From Cyanophora paradoxa CCMP329 (Eukaryota; Plantae; Glaucophyta): a DNA stretch of 64,000 bases. Below are positions 49,201 to 59,568 of this stretch, in pieces. The DNA lies in contig QPMI01000673.1 of NCBI GenBank assembly GCA_004431415.1, positions 29,510 to 93,509 of the forward strand, read 5' to 3'. The notes below the pieces were generated by a model. That model saw only the letters and a list, made by a program, of their open reading frames with translations, was not told the DNA's origin and did not search any database. Position numbers and translations under genes: made by a program. Within the stretch, counting starts at the first letter, position 1, and each line of letters opens with the position of its first letter.

Positions 49201-50631
49201 ACTTACACCAAGTGGAAAGTCTGTCAACATATTGCCTGCTGATGCGAATGTGGGTTGTTCATCTATTTCGTCCCAATTATGCCTATGATCTTCTGGTGGG
49301 AACTGTTCTGGTATTCCGTCAATGTCACCCCAATCATGTCTGTGATCCTCTGGTGGAAATCTGTCAGGTTTATTATCAATCTCTTCCCAATCATGTCTGT
49401 GATCTTCTGGTGGAAATCTATCAGGTTTATTTTCGATTTCGTCCCAATCATGACCATGGGGATCTGGTGGATATGTTTCAGGTTTGTTTCGAATATCTTC
49501 CCAATTAATGATAAAATCGAACAGATCAGGCGCAAAACCATCAGGTAAAAGCTGCTCATGAAAAGGCTCGTAGCGATCATAAGTCACAAGATTTGGGTCA
49601 AAGCCATCTGGTAAGACATTATCGTCTTCAAATCTCCTATCTTCAAGAGGTATTACATTTACATCTGGTGATAAAAGCTCCTCAGCTGGTTGTTTGTAAT
49701 CTGTAAATACTGGTTTGTTTCTGACTTTTTCCCAGCTAACTATGTGCTGCCCAAAGGCTACATTTTCCTCTGCTGTGTATTCCCTCCCTGGTTGCTTCTT
49801 TGGTGTAAGGTCAGGTGGATCCCACGGAAGCGGAAAGGGGACAGGAACAGGACCGTAATGCTCAAAGATTTCCCTTAAAGTTTTCTCACTGACAAGCTTT
49901 TCACCATTGGCATACACATTGCTTCCATGGATATTTCGCCACTGCCTCGTCCTGATTCCAAGGTCTTTGGTGTTTGTGACCAATGGTAAAAGGTGCCTAT
50001 CCATTTCGACAAGATCAGGGTGTAAATGGATTGCCACTGGTTGAGTGGGGCTGCTGTTGATGGTAATTGATGGCTTTTTCTGGTGGACATCATTTGGAGT
50101 AAAAAACCCAAACGGCTCATTCCTCGCAAAGTCATATGTAATATCCTTGGGGTATACATCATTAGTTGAACAGACTTGATTCGTGTTCTGGAAATGGCCC
50201 ACTTGTAATACTTGGGGAACCTCTGTTTTTGTGGTGCTGCCCTCATTATAAATTCTTAAACCCGTGTTCTGTTTGCCCTGCTCATCTTGTACATTGAAAA
50301 TCAAACGGCCACTATCACACCTTGATGGTATGTCTGGATGGGTTCCACTTGGTTTAAGTTTTCTGGGTCTCTTTCTGGTTGCCTTGATCTCTGCTACTTG
50401 GTTGGCTTTCACATTGCCCAAACTAAAAGCTATACTGACATCCTCCTTGTCTGGATCGGTCTGATTTAAGGAAAGGGCATGCTCCCTTGATTGAGTCTTT
50501 GAAGAACCGTCAGAGCTGTGGTCGATTGATATTGAACCTTTAACTTTTATATTATCAAAGTTCACATGCTTTGTGCTGCTGGAATTATCATCTTGAATTG
50601 TTTCCAGATTAGGGGGGTAATTAAAGCTCAT
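43257..50631 (-). CDS. Giant modular fibre/adhesin (~2,450 aa if joined; 4 frame breaks)
   Basis: Abutting ORFs 48745-50631, 48375-48770, 44884-48393, 43904-44866, 43257-43955. Fibre motifs DLGIRTRQWRNI, HxHxW repeats and YLPLTGGTITG; four LamG-like domains ending (A)E..(Y/F)NRALS..E...YL..KYG; C-terminal FNTKPPV..TIHWTAYG tip. Confidence 0.8.
45630..46325 (-). repeat. Coding tandem array: ten 39-bp units (PLTASNVVQEWIA) then four 78-bp units
   Basis: Visible in DNA and in the 44884-48393 translation. Confidence 0.95.
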
Positions 50632-50674
50632 GGCTTTTACTATATGGATTTATAAAATTCCTTATAAGTATTAG

Positions 50675-52230
50675 ATGCCTCTCAAGGTCGTTTTATCTTT
50701 GTCAGGTGGCGGGGCAAGGGGCATTATCATTACCAGACTGCTCAAAGAAATCGAAAATCGAACTGGCAGGCGAATCATTGACCTTGTGGATCTTGTTAGT
50801 GGAACTTCCACGGGTGGGATCATTGCCATTGGGTTGAACATCAGGCATCCAGATAGGGCAGGCGAACCCAAACTCACAGCCAGTGATTTACATAATATTT
50901 ACCTCACTCAGCTGCCCTTGATTTTCGCGAATCCTCGAAATATAATCGAAAATGCCCTTTTTAACACCAAGTATGATGTGGCTCCTTTAGAAAGCGCAAT
51001 CAATTCTGTTACTGGCGAATCCCTCATTCAAGATTCCTTGAAGGACATTGTTATTACTTCGTTTGATACTCAGTACATGAAACCTATATTCATCACAAAC
51101 GATAACAACTACAACTTTCTGCCCTGTAAAATAGCAGCAAGGGCTACCTCTGCTGCTCCCACCTACTTTTCACCTGTGAGTATAGTTGACTTCAATCATG
51201 GGATAACTGCTTGCCTTATTGATGGTGCTATCTCAGGAAACAATAACCCCAGCGTGTGTGGCTATAGCCATGCGAGGAAGATTTACAGTGATGATGATGA
51301 CATTATAGTTATAAGCATCTCTTGTGGTGAGGTAGACCCATATTTAGAGTCTGATTATTTCGGCTATGCTTATGAGACTGTGAACAGTTGGGGCATTCTC
51401 TCATGGATTGCCTCAACAGATGGAAGCCCATTGATTAACATGCTCATGGCAGCAAGTGAGCTGTCGGCTCTTGACAAGATGGAGGAGTTGCTACCTTATA
51501 ACTACGATCAGGATTATGGAAGGTACTATAGGCTATCTGTTCCTCTTCCAAATCACATAGTCAGGTCCCTTGATGATACCTCTAAAATCCCTGACATGCT
51601 TTCGTTCACCGAGACATACATAGCAGCAAACAACAGCATGATTAATAAGCTTTGCGATTTGCTGGTAGCAAACTATGAATTAAAGAACCCATCAAAAGCA
51701 TACATCTCTTCCACTCTCACCCTGTCACCACCTTTGGATGCTAATTGGTACAAACTTGCTGATGATGCCTTTACTGCCTCCTCCTCTGTGATAGGTAAAG
51801 AGCCCCACATGGCTCGACCTTCATCATTTGGCTGGGAAGCTGGGGCATTTGCTCCAGAGCAGATATGGGAGACCCCACTGAGTACCTTCAAGTTGCTTTC
51901 CCATACACTTTTGAACTCTCTTCAGTGGTTGCCTATGGGTCAGGGGACACCAATGCTTTTATAAAGACTTTCAGTGTGGCTACATCAACTAATGGGGTCA
52001 ACTGGTCTTTTATTCGAGCAGAAGGGCAGAACAAAACATTTGTTTGTGAGAATATAAACAATGCTAATAATTCCGGCGATATAGCTTTATTAAATGGTTA
52101 CCCTCTCACCATCAAGGATGCTTTCTACGTAGGGTTCTCTTTGAGAATCAAGTATGTTCGCATTTATCCCCTTGTCTATGTGAATGCTCCCACAATGAGA
52201 GTCGATTTTACAGGTGCGTTTATTCGATAA
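50675..52230 (+). CDS. Patatin-like phospholipase fused to an F5/8 type C (discoidin) domain (frameshift near 51860)
   Basis: LSLSGGGARG, SGTSTGG, RATSAAPTYF, IDGA; then FTASSS...EYLQVAF..FSVATSTNGVNW..YVRIYP...TMRVDFTG. Confidence 0.88.
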
Positions 52231-53154
52231 ACTCGAGCTGAAAAGAATTGTCAATTCCGTTCATGTCAATGATTTCCCCAAAGTAGTCTCTAAACTCAAC
52301 TGTTAATTCCCTTACCACCAGATGTCGGTCGTTAATTCGAATAAATTCCCCATGCTCACCATTATAGTAAACATAGCCTCCTATATCCTTGCTTAATTGG
52401 AGTCTCAGTATGGCGCCTTGGTTTTGTGGCTGTGATTTTGGGACTATATTATGTCTGCTGGCAAAGGGAGCAAGTTCTTTGACATGTAAATAAAGGTACT
52501 GCTCAGCGTTCATGTCTGCCATCTTATTGCTGTAATAAACATATCTAAGAGGTGTGGATGAAAGTCTGGATCCCGAAAAGGTAGTTCCCCACAAGGGGTG
52601 ATTGAGTGTGATAGGTTTGCCATCATACTTTAGAAAATTCTCAGGGCGATATGGAGATTGAGAGGGCGAATTGTCATCCATAAATGAAGACTGGAACTCA
52701 GTTGAGCTTAACCCCAGAAGCTTACCAATACGCTTATTGCTTGCTCTTATACGGAAAAATCTGTTACTGTAGAACTCCACTTTATAAGTGGTTGGATTGT
52801 AAAATAATTTGAATTCGAAAGCAACTGTTTTTCCTGCTATAGTTTCCTCATAGAACACATAGTTCAATCCATAGTTGTATGGTTGGGTGACCCCAAAATG
52901 TCCCTGATTGATATAACCGGTTGGCAGGGGGAGATGTTGTAAGTTACTGTTTCAGTGACAGAACTATCCTGATAGGTGAATTCCACTATTAAATGATCTG
53001 TTCCCACACTATTGTAAATGCTGTTTGGAATTTCTGCGTAAATAACCCTACACTCTCGAGGTCTCTCTACTGGTGTTGTGAGGGCAACCCTGTAAGAGTT
53101 TTCGGTTTCACCTTGGCTGCGATCCCTGCTATCAACATTGACAAGCCGGTTCAT
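52220..53154 (-). CDS. Minor capsid (penton-like single jelly-roll) protein 1 (frameshift near 52865)
   Basis: VNVDSRDR..NSYRVAL...AEIPNSIYN at the N-terminus; YLYLHVKEL and LTVEFRDYFGEIIDMNGIDNSFQLEF at the C-terminus. Confidence 0.8.
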
Positions 53155-53183
53155 TTTAATATATGAATATAGATAAAAGGAGA

Positions 53184-54193
53184 ATGCCCGTGGATTACAT
53201 TGAGGTGAGTTCTTTTAATACAATCTCTGGTGACGGTCCTACTTCAAGCTTTGTAGCTCGACTTCCAAACATATATGAGAATGTGAGGGCTGTCAGGCTG
53301 GTCTCGGCCGAATTTTATAATAGTATCCCTATGGTGAGTGGTGAAACGCAACCAGGGGATATTACAATTGATAATTCATTCAGCATTTTTTGGAGTGAAG
53401 AATTCGATGGTGCTGGCATTGATGGCATTCCAACTACTCGACCAGCGGCCGGCTTTGAACCTTGGAAGCAATTAATCATAAGTCGCAAAAAACCCATTCA
53501 AAGCCACCAGCAATTGGTAAATGTAATTAATGCGAAATTCGATGATAGAGAGCCGGAACCATCTATTCGCTGTAAATGGGATGAGTCACTAAAACGAATT
53601 ATATTCCACTCAGAGAAACCTTTCTATTTAGCCTTCTCTAACGCTGGAAATCCAAACCAGAAAACGATCCAAAAGTTGCTGAGCGCTGCCGATTGCTTGG
53701 TCTTGATCCCGGAAGATATGGAAATTCCCCAATCCAATCACAGGTTTATAATGCTCTTACTGATGGCATCTTTACTGGTGAACGGGTGAATGGTATTATA
53801 TCTTCGTTTGAGCCTGAAAAGACAAGGGACAGTGTTTTATTTGTCAGAGTAAAAGAGTTGGGTGATCTGGTTCAGTGTGGGGATGGTCTCCTGACTGGTT
53901 ACTTCCACAAAATCGTGGTTCCTGACAAGGACTATGGTGAGCATGTGGTTTACAATTCAACAGAATCTCACCCACTTTACAAGTACTATAACAAAAAAAT
54001 GGGTTTGTCTACATTCTCTGTGGATATAGTAAATGCTATAAACGAACCAATCGATTTTGAGGGTCAACCTGTCCACCTCACATTTGAAATTCGATATGGG
54101 GAGGAGCCAGCAGGCGACCCTGTCTATGAATACTTTAAGATGCGGATGTCACAAAGTCATCCAACATATCCAATCATTGCGAGTTTTGGGTAA
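53184..54193 (+). CDS. Minor capsid (penton-like) protein 2 (frameshift near 53690)
   Basis: IEVSS..SSFVARLPNIYENVRAVRLVSAEFYNS; LFVRVKEL; FSVDIVNAINEPIDFEGQPVHLTFEI. Confidence 0.75.
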
Positions 54194-54247
54194 ACACTAG
54201 GTTCATTCGTAATTTTTTTATGTTACAGTATAATAAAAGAGAAAATC

Positions 54248-55618
54248 ATGGATATTACGTCGACCCTCCAGCGCCTTTCGTTGAAAGAAGCCCTAACAAC
54301 CCCAGAGGAGGCCAAGGCCTTCTTTCTGGATAACTCCCTAATGCTTGGTCTTGAATCCAAGTCTAAGCCCGTTCTTGTTGTTGTGAACCCGAGCAATACT
54401 TTTGAAAATAGTGTTGGAAATCGCATTTCATTCAAACTCCCTCGCTACAATTTCTGTGGCAAACTTGAACTTGCCTTCGACCTTCCAGCTATCACTTTTG
54501 GTGATGCTGATCTTGTTCGAAATGGGTATACTCGCCCAGTTGGTGCTTTGGTTCAGCGACTTGAAATTACCTATGGGTCATACACCTACCATATCCCTTC
54601 TGATTTCCTTGCTCATTTCCCTCTTGTCTATTATAGTGAGGATCAGCTTGCCAAAAAGAAGCGGTCAATGGGCATGCTTCACGGCATCCCCGCCCATGGA
54701 ACCAACCGACTTGGTGGCTCATTCTTTGTTGAAATTCCTGTGCCTTGGCTAAACCACTACCTACCTCTTGGTGCTCTGTCTGGTGAAATGGTAGTAACTG
54801 TTTGGTTCAAGGATGTAGGGAAGGGTTATGTTGAGACTTCTTATGGTGGTCGTACTCTTCCTAAGGCTGGGGACACAGCCATTGATGGGGACAAGGACGA
54901 TGGGCTTGGCGTCGCACCTGCTGAATCTGTGCTGGCACATGTTGGCCAAAACATCACCACTTTCAATCTTGGTGCGCCAAACGTTGAAATTAAAATTACT
55001 TCTCCTCGCCTTTATATGTATGCTGTTAATGTGTCTGATGAGCTTTTCGCTACTGTTATTGAGAAGGTAAAGACAACTGGCATGGCTATCCCTGCTCTGG
55101 ATATTGGATTTGTGGATGTCAGTGATATGAAAGCCAAGGGTGGTGCCCAACCCAATCGAGTTAACCTCTCCCAAATCTCAGGTCTCGTTTATGCTCTGCT
55201 TGTTTCAGTTCGTGATAACGCTACTGTTGACAAAGCTAATGGTTCCCACAGTGTTCTCAAGACCTACTCCAACTCCAAAGATATTACTTTCACTGTGGAA
55301 ATTAATGGTCAACGTCTCTATGCCACTGAGCCTATTCCACTGCTCAAGGGTGCTGAGCTGATTGCTGATGTCTTCAAATGCTCTAATATGGATAAGGTTG
55401 CTGATCGCTATGTTCTTTCGGGTATGAGTTTCTGTCTTGACGGTGAGAAGGCGATTCGCAATATTGCCCAGTCTGGCTATGTTGACCTGACCAATTCTTC
55501 ATCTTCATTCCTCACTCTCTACATGCCCACTGAAAAGGCAATTGATGTCAATGTTCGCGCTCTCATGCACACGTTCCTCATTTTGGACAAGGACGGTTTA
55601 CGAAAAATTAATCTATGA
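54248..55618 (+). CDS. Double jelly-roll major capsid protein (PLV/NCLDV-like)
   Basis: 456 aa; G.RISFKLPR...LELAFDLPAI..GY..PVGALVQRLEITYG and FFVEIPVPW...LPLGALSGEMVVTVWFK match the DJR MCP N-barrel pattern; next to pentons and ATPase. Confidence 0.85.
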   Translation: MDITSTLQRLSLKEALTTPEEAKAFFLDNSLMLGLESKSKPVLVVVNPSNTFENSVGNRISFKLPRYNFCGKLELAFDLPAITFGDADLVRNGYTRPVGALVQRLEITYGSYTYHIPSDFLAHFPLVYYSEDQLAKKKRSMGMLHGIPAHGTNRLGGSFFVEIPVPWLNHYLPLGALSGEMVVTVWFKDVGKGYVETSYGGRTLPKAGDTAIDGDKDDGLGVAPAESVLAHVGQNITTFNLGAPNVEIKITSPRLYMYAVNVSDELFATVIEKVKTTGMAIPALDIGFVDVSDMKAKGGAQPNRVNLSQISGLVYALLVSVRDNATVDKANGSHSVLKTYSNSKDITFTVEINGQRLYATEPIPLLKGAELIADVFKCSNMDKVADRYVLSGMSFCLDGEKAIRNIAQSGYVDLTNSSSSFLTLYMPTEKAIDVNVRALMHTFLILDKDGLRKINL

Positions 55619-55755
55619 TCAGGAATGTATGTTTGTCTTACTGTTCTGCTCACAATTGGATTTGTTTTTTCATCATCGATTTCTACTTAATTCCCGAAGA
55701 AAATGATATAAAGAAAAAAGCAACATGTATATAAAGGCCCTTTAACTTTGTTAAA

Positions 55756-56697
55756 ATGGTACGAGCTTTGACCCTTCATGAATTCATCGAAAAGAGCAAA
55801 AGAATACATGGAGAGAAGTATGATTACTCAAAAGTAACCTACAAAAACAATTCCACTTATGTAGTTATTCAATGTAAATCTTGCTCCATGGAATTCAAAC
55901 AGCTCCCTGGTGGGCATTTAGCAGGTCGAGGGTGTAGAAAATGCGCTGCTAAACTAACTGGGGCGGCACAAAAACTTTCGACTGAACAGTTTATTGAGAA
56001 ATCAAGAGCTGTTCATGGTGATGTCTTTGATTATACAAAGACTGTCTATGAATCTGGACACAAAAAAGTCACTGTCACTTGTAAGAAATGTGGAGCAGAT
56101 TCTTGTATTTTAGCACAAAATCATCTATTTAAACAAGGGTGTAAGCAATGCTCTTTAGAAGAACGCAAGAGCAAAACTAGAAAAAGCAAAGACGATTTCA
56201 TTAGAAAAGCCATCGAAATCCACGGCGATCGATATGATTATAATGAAGTTGTTTACATTAACAACAAAACAAAAGTAGTAGTTAAATGTAAGCAGTGTAA
56301 CTCCAACTTTGCTCCAGTCCCAACCGATCACTACAAAGGGACAGGTTGTCCTCGATGCCAATTCTCAAGGGGCGAAACAAGAATTGATCAATATTTAAAG
56401 AAGCTTGGGATTTCATTTGAGATTCAAAAGAAATTCGAACGCTGCCGGAATAAGTTTCCCCTCCCTTTCGATTTCTATATTCCAGACATGAATGCTTGTA
56501 TTGAATACCAAGGAGAGCAGCATTATAAAAAGGTTGGACATTGGGGAACTGATGGGTACCTTCAAAAGTATCAGGAAAGGGACGCCATCAAACTTTTATT
56601 CTGTCAAATAAACAACATACATTTGCTTGTTATTCCTTACACAGAGAAAGATATTGAACGGGCTGTAGAAACATTCCTTCAATCTCTTAAAGATTAA
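55756..56697 (+). CDS. Zn-ribbon-repeat (DUF723-like) + PD-(D/E)xK/Vsr-like endonuclease, homing-endonuclease-like
   Basis: Three FIEK...HG..YDY..V.Y......V...C..C...H....GC..C repeats; SRGE..I..YL...FEIQKKF..C....LPFDFYIP....IEYQGEQHY. Confidence 0.85.
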   Translation: MVRALTLHEFIEKSKRIHGEKYDYSKVTYKNNSTYVVIQCKSCSMEFKQLPGGHLAGRGCRKCAAKLTGAAQKLSTEQFIEKSRAVHGDVFDYTKTVYESGHKKVTVTCKKCGADSCILAQNHLFKQGCKQCSLEERKSKTRKSKDDFIRKAIEIHGDRYDYNEVVYINNKTKVVVKCKQCNSNFAPVPTDHYKGTGCPRCQFSRGETRIDQYLKKLGISFEIQKKFERCRNKFPLPFDFYIPDMNACIEYQGEQHYKKVGHWGTDGYLQKYQERDAIKLLFCQINNIHLLVIPYTEKDIERAVETFLQSLKD

Positions 56698-56750
56698 ACC
56701 ATCTCCAGTCACACTGTATTATTTTTATCTGTTTCTTTATAGAAAGAACC

Positions 56751-57533
56751 ATGGGCGACTTGGACGAATTTGTGGCTGGTGAAATGATAAATCCCCCTTT
56801 CCGCGTTTTGGCAATTGGCAAATCTGCTACTGGTAAATCAGAGGCTGTCAAGTACTGGCTAAAGCAGCTTCATGATGCCAAAAAGATTGATGTCGTTCTT
56901 GTTATCAGTGGAACTGCTTTTAACAACTTTTGGAACAATGTAGCAAGTGTTCAGCTTGGCAAATGGGATGCTCATTACATTGAAAAGGTTTTGGAAGATC
57001 GACAACAGAAAATAGAAAAGGGAGAGCCGATTAATCAACTCTTAGTTGTACTGGACGATCTAATTGATAATGACTTGGTCGATCTCACTCGCGATAAAAT
57101 AATCAACAAATTGTACTCTATGGGCAGACATTTGAAAATATCTATTATCTGTATCACACAAAAGCTAAGGAAAGTCTCATCGACCATTCGCGTCAACTCA
57201 GATTATGCTATGTTCCTAAGCGCTGCCAATAGAAAGGAGCTTGAAGCCATTGAGGAAGAATACAATATAATGCGGGACAAAGATGTTTTCTATAAAATGT
57301 TTGAAGAGTACGTACATTCCTACCAGTTCCTAATTTGGTCATCTGCCGATTATTCTGTAAAATATTTCGTAGATAAAGCGGATTTGGTCAAAGATTTCCC
57401 ATTTCCACGGTTCCACAGGAAACCAAAAAAGAAAGAAGACGAGCTTAAACCACCAGAGAAAGAAGAGGGGCGCAAAGAAGTGAAAAGCCAAGTTCATAGT
57501 AATAAGTTAATGCGATATAAACGCGGTCTATAA
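56751..57533 (+). CDS. A32-like (FtsK/HerA) genome packaging ATPase
   Basis: Walker A GKSATGKS, Walker B LLVVLDD, MGRHLKISIICITQ, IRVNSDY. Confidence 0.95.
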   Translation: MGDLDEFVAGEMINPPFRVLAIGKSATGKSEAVKYWLKQLHDAKKIDVVLVISGTAFNNFWNNVASVQLGKWDAHYIEKVLEDRQQKIEKGEPINQLLVVLDDLIDNDLVDLTRDKIINKLYSMGRHLKISIICITQKLRKVSSTIRVNSDYAMFLSAANRKELEAIEEEYNIMRDKDVFYKMFEEYVHSYQFLIWSSADYSVKYFVDKADLVKDFPFPRFHRKPKKKEDELKPPEKEEGRKEVKSQVHSNKLMRYKRGL

Positions 57534-57561
57534 AAATATCTCTCACTTTAATAAAGACACA

Positions 57562-58296
57562 ATGCCCCCCAAACGCAAAATAGGCATCCCTGCTGGGGCT
57601 GTTGGTTATTCAGGTGGTGGTAACAATGGCTCCATTAACACAGACCCGCTTAAATTCAATGGAATGAATGAGGTTAAGCCCTCACAACAGCAAGAGGATC
57701 CCCTTAATGCCGCCTATGAGGAATCCTTTGATGACAAAGCCCCACAGACGTCCACCAGTGATCAGCTCAACATCTCCCCTGAAGCTTCTAAAATGAAGGC
57801 TGTGGGTGAGGGTGCCAGGCGAATTATAGGTGCTGCTGATGATAAAGGTCTTGGGCTCCAAGATCTATCACTCACTCGCAAAGGTGAGGGTCTCAGTAAA
57901 GAATCCGACAAGGTTATCCAGTCTATGGCGGGTGAAGTCACATACAAGACTGCTCCCACCCAGAATATTCATAGAGTTCCCAAGGCTCAATGGGACGAAA
58001 TGACTGCCAAGCTTAAAGATCTGGAAGCCAAATCAAGTGCCTTAGAGCAGTATGTAACTGAGAAGAGAGAGAGATCCAAACTCAAGGAAATGCTTAGAAA
58101 GGAGGTGTTCAAAATGGGGATCACTGGGATTCCAGATAAACAGTTTATTGCCAAGAAAGAGAACCAAATTGATGAGCAAGCTGTTGATGAAATGAAAACA
58201 AAGACCCAAAAGGGGACTATTGAGCCAGGTGCTACAAAGGCTGAGGTGGACAAAGGTGTAGCTCCCACAGTGTATAAACGACGGGTTTGGCTTTGA
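57562..58296 (+). CDS. Viral hypothetical protein (basic N-terminus MPPKRK, coiled-coil segment)
   Basis: 244-aa ORF with AT-rich leader, in line with the ATPase. Confidence 0.7.
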   Translation: MPPKRKIGIPAGAVGYSGGGNNGSINTDPLKFNGMNEVKPSQQQEDPLNAAYEESFDDKAPQTSTSDQLNISPEASKMKAVGEGARRIIGAADDKGLGLQDLSLTRKGEGLSKESDKVIQSMAGEVTYKTAPTQNIHRVPKAQWDEMTAKLKDLEAKSSALEQYVTEKRERSKLKEMLRKEVFKMGITGIPDKQFIAKKENQIDEQAVDEMKTKTQKGTIEPGATKAEVDKGVAPTVYKRRVWL

Positions 58297-58321
58297 AAGC
58301 GTTTTTCTATAGATATTATAA

Positions 58322-58552
58322 ATGGAGGATACCATTAGTTTGGTGGAGTTCACTGTCGATAGCCCTGTGACAGAGAGTTATATTAAAAACGCTTTAGCAA
58401 ACCAAAAAAGATACAGGGAAGACCCGGAATATAGAGAGTTTAAGAAACAGCAAGCCTTGGCATCATATTATCGCCGAAAGGCACAAAAAGAAGCAGTGAG
58501 GCCCATAGGGAGGCCAATTAAATATTATCAGACTACTGAGAGCAGCAACTGA
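58322..58552 (+). CDS. Small basic putative DNA-binding protein (AT-hook-like RPIGRPIKY)
   Basis: 76 aa, K/R/Y-rich helix then GRP motif. Confidence 0.55.
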   Translation: MEDTISLVEFTVDSPVTESYIKNALANQKRYREDPEYREFKKQQALASYYRRKAQKEAVRPIGRPIKYYQTTESSN

Positions 58553-58577
58553 GTTATTTTGTCTCGTTAATAGTAAA

Positions 58578-58853
58578 ATGTGGCAATGGCTCCAGCAATT
58601 GCTGGATATGTTTCATATACATGTGACCAGCAATTATAAGTGTAGCTGTTGTGATACTACTATTGACGTCAGCATTGGATCTTCCTCCCCAAGTGGATCC
58701 AGGAGTGGGTCTCCCTATGATGTGGTGATGAGGACAGGCTCAACTGAGGGGCAAAGGGTAAGCTTGGAGAGTATTGAAGAGGTGACAGGGGAGCAATTTG
58801 CTCAGGCTGTAAACAGCGCTTGGAATGAGTACCAAGGAAACCGTCTACATTGA
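58578..58853 (+). CDS. Small viral hypothetical protein (amphipathic N-terminus, CSCC)
   Basis: 91-aa ORF with the shared AT-rich leader. Confidence 0.5.
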   Translation: MWQWLQQLLDMFHIHVTSNYKCSCCDTTIDVSIGSSSPSGSRSGSPYDVVMRTGSTEGQRVSLESIEEVTGEQFAQAVNSAWNEYQGNRLH

Positions 58854-58858
58854 ACGCA

Positions 58859-59095
58859 TTATCTGCCATCAGGGAAGGGGGTAATCTCGTTTCCAAGCAT
58901 TAGAAGGTCGTTTGATATTTTTTGTAAGGCTGCTTTAATGTGTGGAGACAAAGGAGCTATGCGGTGTCCAAGGTTGTACAGTTCTATAGAGACGCGATGT
59001 ATGGAGTCACTCAATTCAGGGCTTGGAGACGTCAGCGCCAGATGTGAGAGCTCAAAGGATATTTCTACAAGGCGAGTATGGATGGGAGTTGTCAT
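58859..59095 (-). CDS. Small helical hypothetical protein
   Basis: 78-aa ORF convergent with the previous gene; no family recognised. Confidence 0.4.
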   Translation of the reverse strand: MTTPIHTRLVEISFELSHLALTSPSPELSDSIHRVSIELYNLGHRIAPLSPHIKAALQKISNDLLMLGNEITPFPDGR

Positions 59096-59289
59096 AATAA
59101 TCTACTTTTAGGCAGCATAAAAATGCGAAAGGGGCGGCTCTGCGTAGAGCTTGATGAGAGCTTTACAGGGAAAAAAAGAGCGCTCAAAACGGCCAATCTG
59201 GTGAGGAGATATTCGCGTTTGGAGTTCCTTAAGTGGCTCTAATTGAACATTTTAGAAAAGTTCTTATAGAGCTCTATAAGGAAAAAGCC

Positions 59290-59568
59290 GCCTACTGCTG
59301 TACGGTAGGCATGAGGGCTCTACCGGTAGGCGAGTAGGCAGGGCCCTACTGTCCTACCGCCGGCGGCCTGTGCCTACCGGTCTGCTGTAGACACACGGGC
59401 TCGCCTACCACTGCGGTAGGCTGGCTCATATATGTATATGATATATATGAAAAAAAACAAGTTTCGGTAAAAACTACAGCGCCGTGATCGCCATGACGCG
59501 GCGAGTCCGGAAAGCTATGATATATATATATATGTCATGTGACATTATGATATATCATATACATATAT
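59290..59568. repeat. Palindrome cluster: GC-rich CCTAC/GTAGG hairpins plus a 19-bp AT-rich inverted repeat
   Basis: Hairpins/palindromes at 59290-59310, 59320-59329, 59357-59366, 59403-59421; ATATATGTATATGATATAT (59428-59446) is the exact reverse complement of 59550-59568. Confidence 0.9.

Noticed and set aside
43257-54193. Programmed ribosomal frameshifting at viral ORF breaks
   Set aside because: No consistent slippery heptamer or downstream structure; breaks fall mid-domain and those inspected are fixed by one added base.
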